64,000 nt of DNA, taken from positions 7,502,001 through 7,566,000 of the forward strand of contig NW_024704762.1 in NCBI RefSeq assembly GCF_018977255.1. The letters are read 5' to 3'. The position numbers and the translations under genes are program-made. Below the pieces are notes generated by a model that did no database searches, had not been told where the DNA came from, and saw nothing but the letters and a program-made list of their open reading frames with translations. How positions within the stretch are numbered: the first letter of the stretch is position 1; each line of letters opens with the position of its first letter. The stretch is from Callorhinchus milii (Eukaryota). This document shows positions 60,741-64,000 of the stretch, piece by piece.

Positions 60741-63700
60741 ACGTTTTAATGTTTAAAATGATGTACACTTTAATCGTTGGGAGTGCAGTCCTTTGGGACG
60801 TGGTAAGGTACTATATCAAACTCAAGGATTATTGTTATTATTTAGCCCAGGTCTTGTCTGTTGAGGTAGATGCTAAAGATCCCGTGACACTAGTGGAAAA
60901 GAGAAAGGCAGTTTCCCTCAGTGTCCTGGCCAACAAATTAGTCCTTTGACTGTGACTGATTGTGGGACCTTGGTAATGCGGATAAAATGCTGATCACTCA
61001 AAACTACATTTGATTGTAGTTACTGTCCTGACAATAATAATTCTCAAAACACTTTGGAGATTACAATTCAGAATACAATTGGTACATTCAAAATGAACTT
61101 TATCTTTTGTATCATTCTTTTCCCGTGTTAACACCAACAACAAATTTCATTCGTATGGCATCGTCCACGTCAGGAGGACATCCCAAGGCGCTTACAATAA
61201 TAAGGCGTTAATAATAATCCTTGCATTTGATATCATGCCTGCAACATTTCAAAGTATTTACCATTCAATGTTGTGACTGAATTTGTAGGTAAATGCCGAC
61301 AATGAGTTCTGGTATAGATTAAAAAATGTCTGTTGGGGCTGTGAATGATGAGCTGCGCAGATGCAGGGATTTGCACTTGATGTCTGCAGAGCTGAGGGGC
61401 TGATTGTTCACAGCTTTTGCTGTTGCTGCTGCTCTGTGTTGCATGCACACCTGCTTTTTTTTTCCAGTTACTCACCCAACGGTTCTAAAATTATTTACTG
61501 TTTGTTTTCCTCTTCTGCCGTTCCTCCAGCTCGCTGCTAGGTCAGGGCTGCAAACAATGAGCAATAGACGTGGCTCCAATCGCTGGCCTGATGCGGCGGG
61601 GGCAGGGAATATCTTACATTTAAATTGCTGCCTCCTAGTTCTGGGAGATTTATCTATTTATCTTGTGGTGTTGGCCTGCTGATCTCTGCGGTTGCTTTCT
61701 TTCACCCACTTTCCTCTCTGGAACTCTCTCTTTTTAAATCTCCCCTCTCTGCTTTCAATTTTTTTCCACTGTGTGAAAGGCGCAATAGAAGTGTTAAGCC
61801 GGTGATGATATTGAGGATGCATTGTGAACCGCAGTGCTTAAGCCCTTTGTACAACTTCTTGTTAGTATTGAGGCTTGTAATTATCTGTAGAGCAGAAGCT
61901 GTTAAGTCGCCTCTTAAAGTAACTTCATATGCTCAGGGATCTCCCGGAGCTAGGATATTGCTGCCGTTCCATAAGTCAGAGGCAGCAATTGCAATGTAAG
62001 ATATTCTGTTTGGTAAAAACTCTGTATTTTGTGGAATGTGTAGTGTTTTCTGCCTTGAAAACCTTCTTTAAAAATGTACGGCTTTGACCGACCAGTTGGT
62101 GCTTTTTAAACTTCCTCTTCTTTCCTGCTCATGATTCTCATCATCTTTGTGAAGTGCCTTGAGACATTCATCCTACATGGAGGGCACTATATAAGGGCAA
62201 GTTGTTTGTGTAACAACAATGCAGTAGAACGTTTGCTGCCCTGGGACAAGTCAGAGTAGCAGCAGTGCCGATGGAGTGTTTATCTACTCTTGGGACAAGT
62301 ACGTTCAAGTCTGCATTTTTCAGCTTCAGACTAATCTCATGTGAAATGGAACCAGGACCGTGGCTGGGGTTCTTGTGTAATTATTGCGTTTTATAATACC
62401 TGACGTCTCAAAGCACTTCCACATGTAATTTCTGTCAATATTTTTGTAATATCCATCTGAACAGGCAGCTGGGAACCCTGGTTTTAATGATTCTTGAAAG
62501 TATATACCTCTGACAAGGCTGTGAGCTCAAAGTCCCAATGTAGGGCTCGAACATACAAGCGTCTGAGTCACAGACGAGAGCACCAGCAACTGAGCCATAC
62601 TGACAAATAAGTCAAGTTACCCTAGGCATGTCTCCAGGTGGCCTGTCTGGTGTGTGTGTGTGTGTGGGTGGGTGGGTGGTTGCCGATGATGGAAAGTGAC
62701 CGGTTTCCGGTGCCTTAACTATGAGAGCAGTCACTTTTGCCAAATTAATTCTAAGGCATTCTTTGATTTTTTGGGGGGTCAGGCTGGGTGGCTTGACACC
62801 TGCAGAAACCCCTTGTAGCATCCCAAGGGCTCTGTCGTTGTTGGAAACCCTTCATCGTGCTTAAGAGTATCCAGACCAGACTGAGAGTTCCATTCATGCC
62901 ACCTACACAACAAAATTCCCCTGTGTGGAATGGAACGCACACTCTCTTTTCCCCAGACCGAGAGACACACCCTGCTTATCTAATTCTAGAGTAGAGTATT
63001 AGGAGCAGGTTGTTGAACTAAGGCTTGGGGATCCTAGCGTGTGTGTGTGGAGTACTGCTATACCAGTGTAGAACATCCAGGGTGAGTGGGTAGCGTGGCA
63101 GCCGAGGCAGGTGGAAAAGCATGACATCAAAGTTTTCCAGTAGAATGCGCTGTTCCGAAGCATGTTGTCATAACACTGAAGCATTTCGCAAGAGTCCTTA
63201 TCAGGACTGTGTAAATAGTGGCACTATCGCGTCACTTGGTGCGTCAAGAGAAGCCATCGCATACATAACTTTTAAGTTAACATAAGTTTTATAACTTTAT
63301 AAAGAAGAGTAAAATTACTTGAGCAACAGTTTGTACAGCGACTGAAAGTACCTGTTCAAGTGCGAGTTGGACGCTGTTGTTTTTGCGCTGGCACTTGTAA
63401 GTGGTGCTGAACTTGACTGGCATAAAATCACCTTGATATTTTCACAATCTTTCCCTAGGTGTTTCTTTTCAAAAGCTGAAGCTCGAAGTCCCAATGATGG
63501 GCGAGGGTGGGTGGTAGGTGGGTGGGGGGTGAGTGAAAGGGTGGTGGCTAAGGCTTGGATTTTGGTAAATGTATACAGCTCCTGCAAATTGTTTATACCA
63601 GAATTTACCTCAGCAGTCTTTTCAATTGTATAATAATAGGAACAACCCTTGCATCTGATACAGCGCCGTATCCCGTCATTGGGATGTCTCGCAGCGCTTC

Positions 63701-64000
63701 ACAGAATATACTTGAAAGTGAATTGACTGTATATACTTTGTGGGCGAAAGATTTGTAGCGGGTACCTATTACCCAAATAGGTCCCACAACTTTGCACATC
63801 TGTAAATAAAATTCATAAATTTCCATACAACAACAACTTGCATTTATATAGCCGCCCACCCCCACCTCCCCACCCCCCCGAGCGCTTGCCAGTGTAGTGG
63901 AGCTAATTCGCTGTGTAAATTAGTGTGCGATGCATTATTTTTTAATAAAAATTCCCTTTCATGGCCTTTAAAAAAAAGTAAAAATATTCTTTAACATCCT

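Larger units (their letters stand above)
1..63750. mobile_element. Dispersed 5'-truncated copies of the same SINE family (about 35-40 fragments)
   Basis: Recurrent motif CCCACAAAATATACAGTCAATTCACTTTACAGTATATTCTGTGAAGCGCTTTGAGACGTC...AAATGCAAGGATTATT. Approximate + copies: 1-107, 1158-1328, 6636-6713, 11620-11742, 16770-16900, 20570-20650, 23015-23125, 23690-23832, 27801-27912, 35168-35335, 37080-37250, 38095-38170, 41300-41458, 47100-47270, 49400-49555, 53785-53888, 59101-59230. Approximate - copies: 6835-6980, 7948-8107, 10880-10990, 15295-15445, 22750-22900, 28470-28550, 30608-30715, 34648-34735, 39303-39420, 40508-40620, 44452-44560, 48705-48835, 51965-52060, 54688-54800, 61205-61300, 63645-63750. 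Confidence 0.9.
32047..64000 (+). other. INSR: INSR intron 2 (more than 31.9 kb, continues beyond the window)
   Basis: No Cys-rich exon-3-like sequence in the ORF track or by eye. A large intron 2 is typical of INSR/IGF1R. Confidence 0.75.

Noticed and set aside
1-64000. Recurring palindromic repeat (TTGAGACGTCTCAA) as a CRISPR-like or recombination-site array
   Set aside because: Copies are dispersed, in both orientations and always within SINE tails; there is no regular spacing, no cas or recombinase gene, and the context is eukaryotic.

Overview
Vertebrate genomic DNA, most likely a cartilaginous fish. The repeat landscape (tRNA/Deu-type SINEs, L2, CR1, Penelope-like remnants) suggests a holocephalan such as elephant shark, but this is inference. 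Three spliced genes lie in tandem on the + strand: the last three coding exons of CERS1 (203-2385), a complete 8-exon USE1 (7160-12239, 258 aa, with 19- and 31-nt microexons), and the first two coding exons of INSR (20053-20131, 31498-32046). INSR intron 2 runs off the window end. Two N-gaps flank a 2-kb low-complexity block upstream of INSR. Roughly 45 copies or fragments of one SINE family dominate the non-coding DNA. I found no new protein-coding system. The best leads are: no GDF1/Vg1 ORF behind CERS1; a hammerhead-ribozyme-like Penelope remnant in INSR intron 2; a covarying 3' stem-loop shared by L2 and two SINE subfamilies, suggesting a tail update; a locally templated 81-bp insertion inside a SINE; and a stop-free circularisable INSR exon 2 flanked by inverted SINEs. 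All coordinates were read by eye, and repeat boundaries are approximate.
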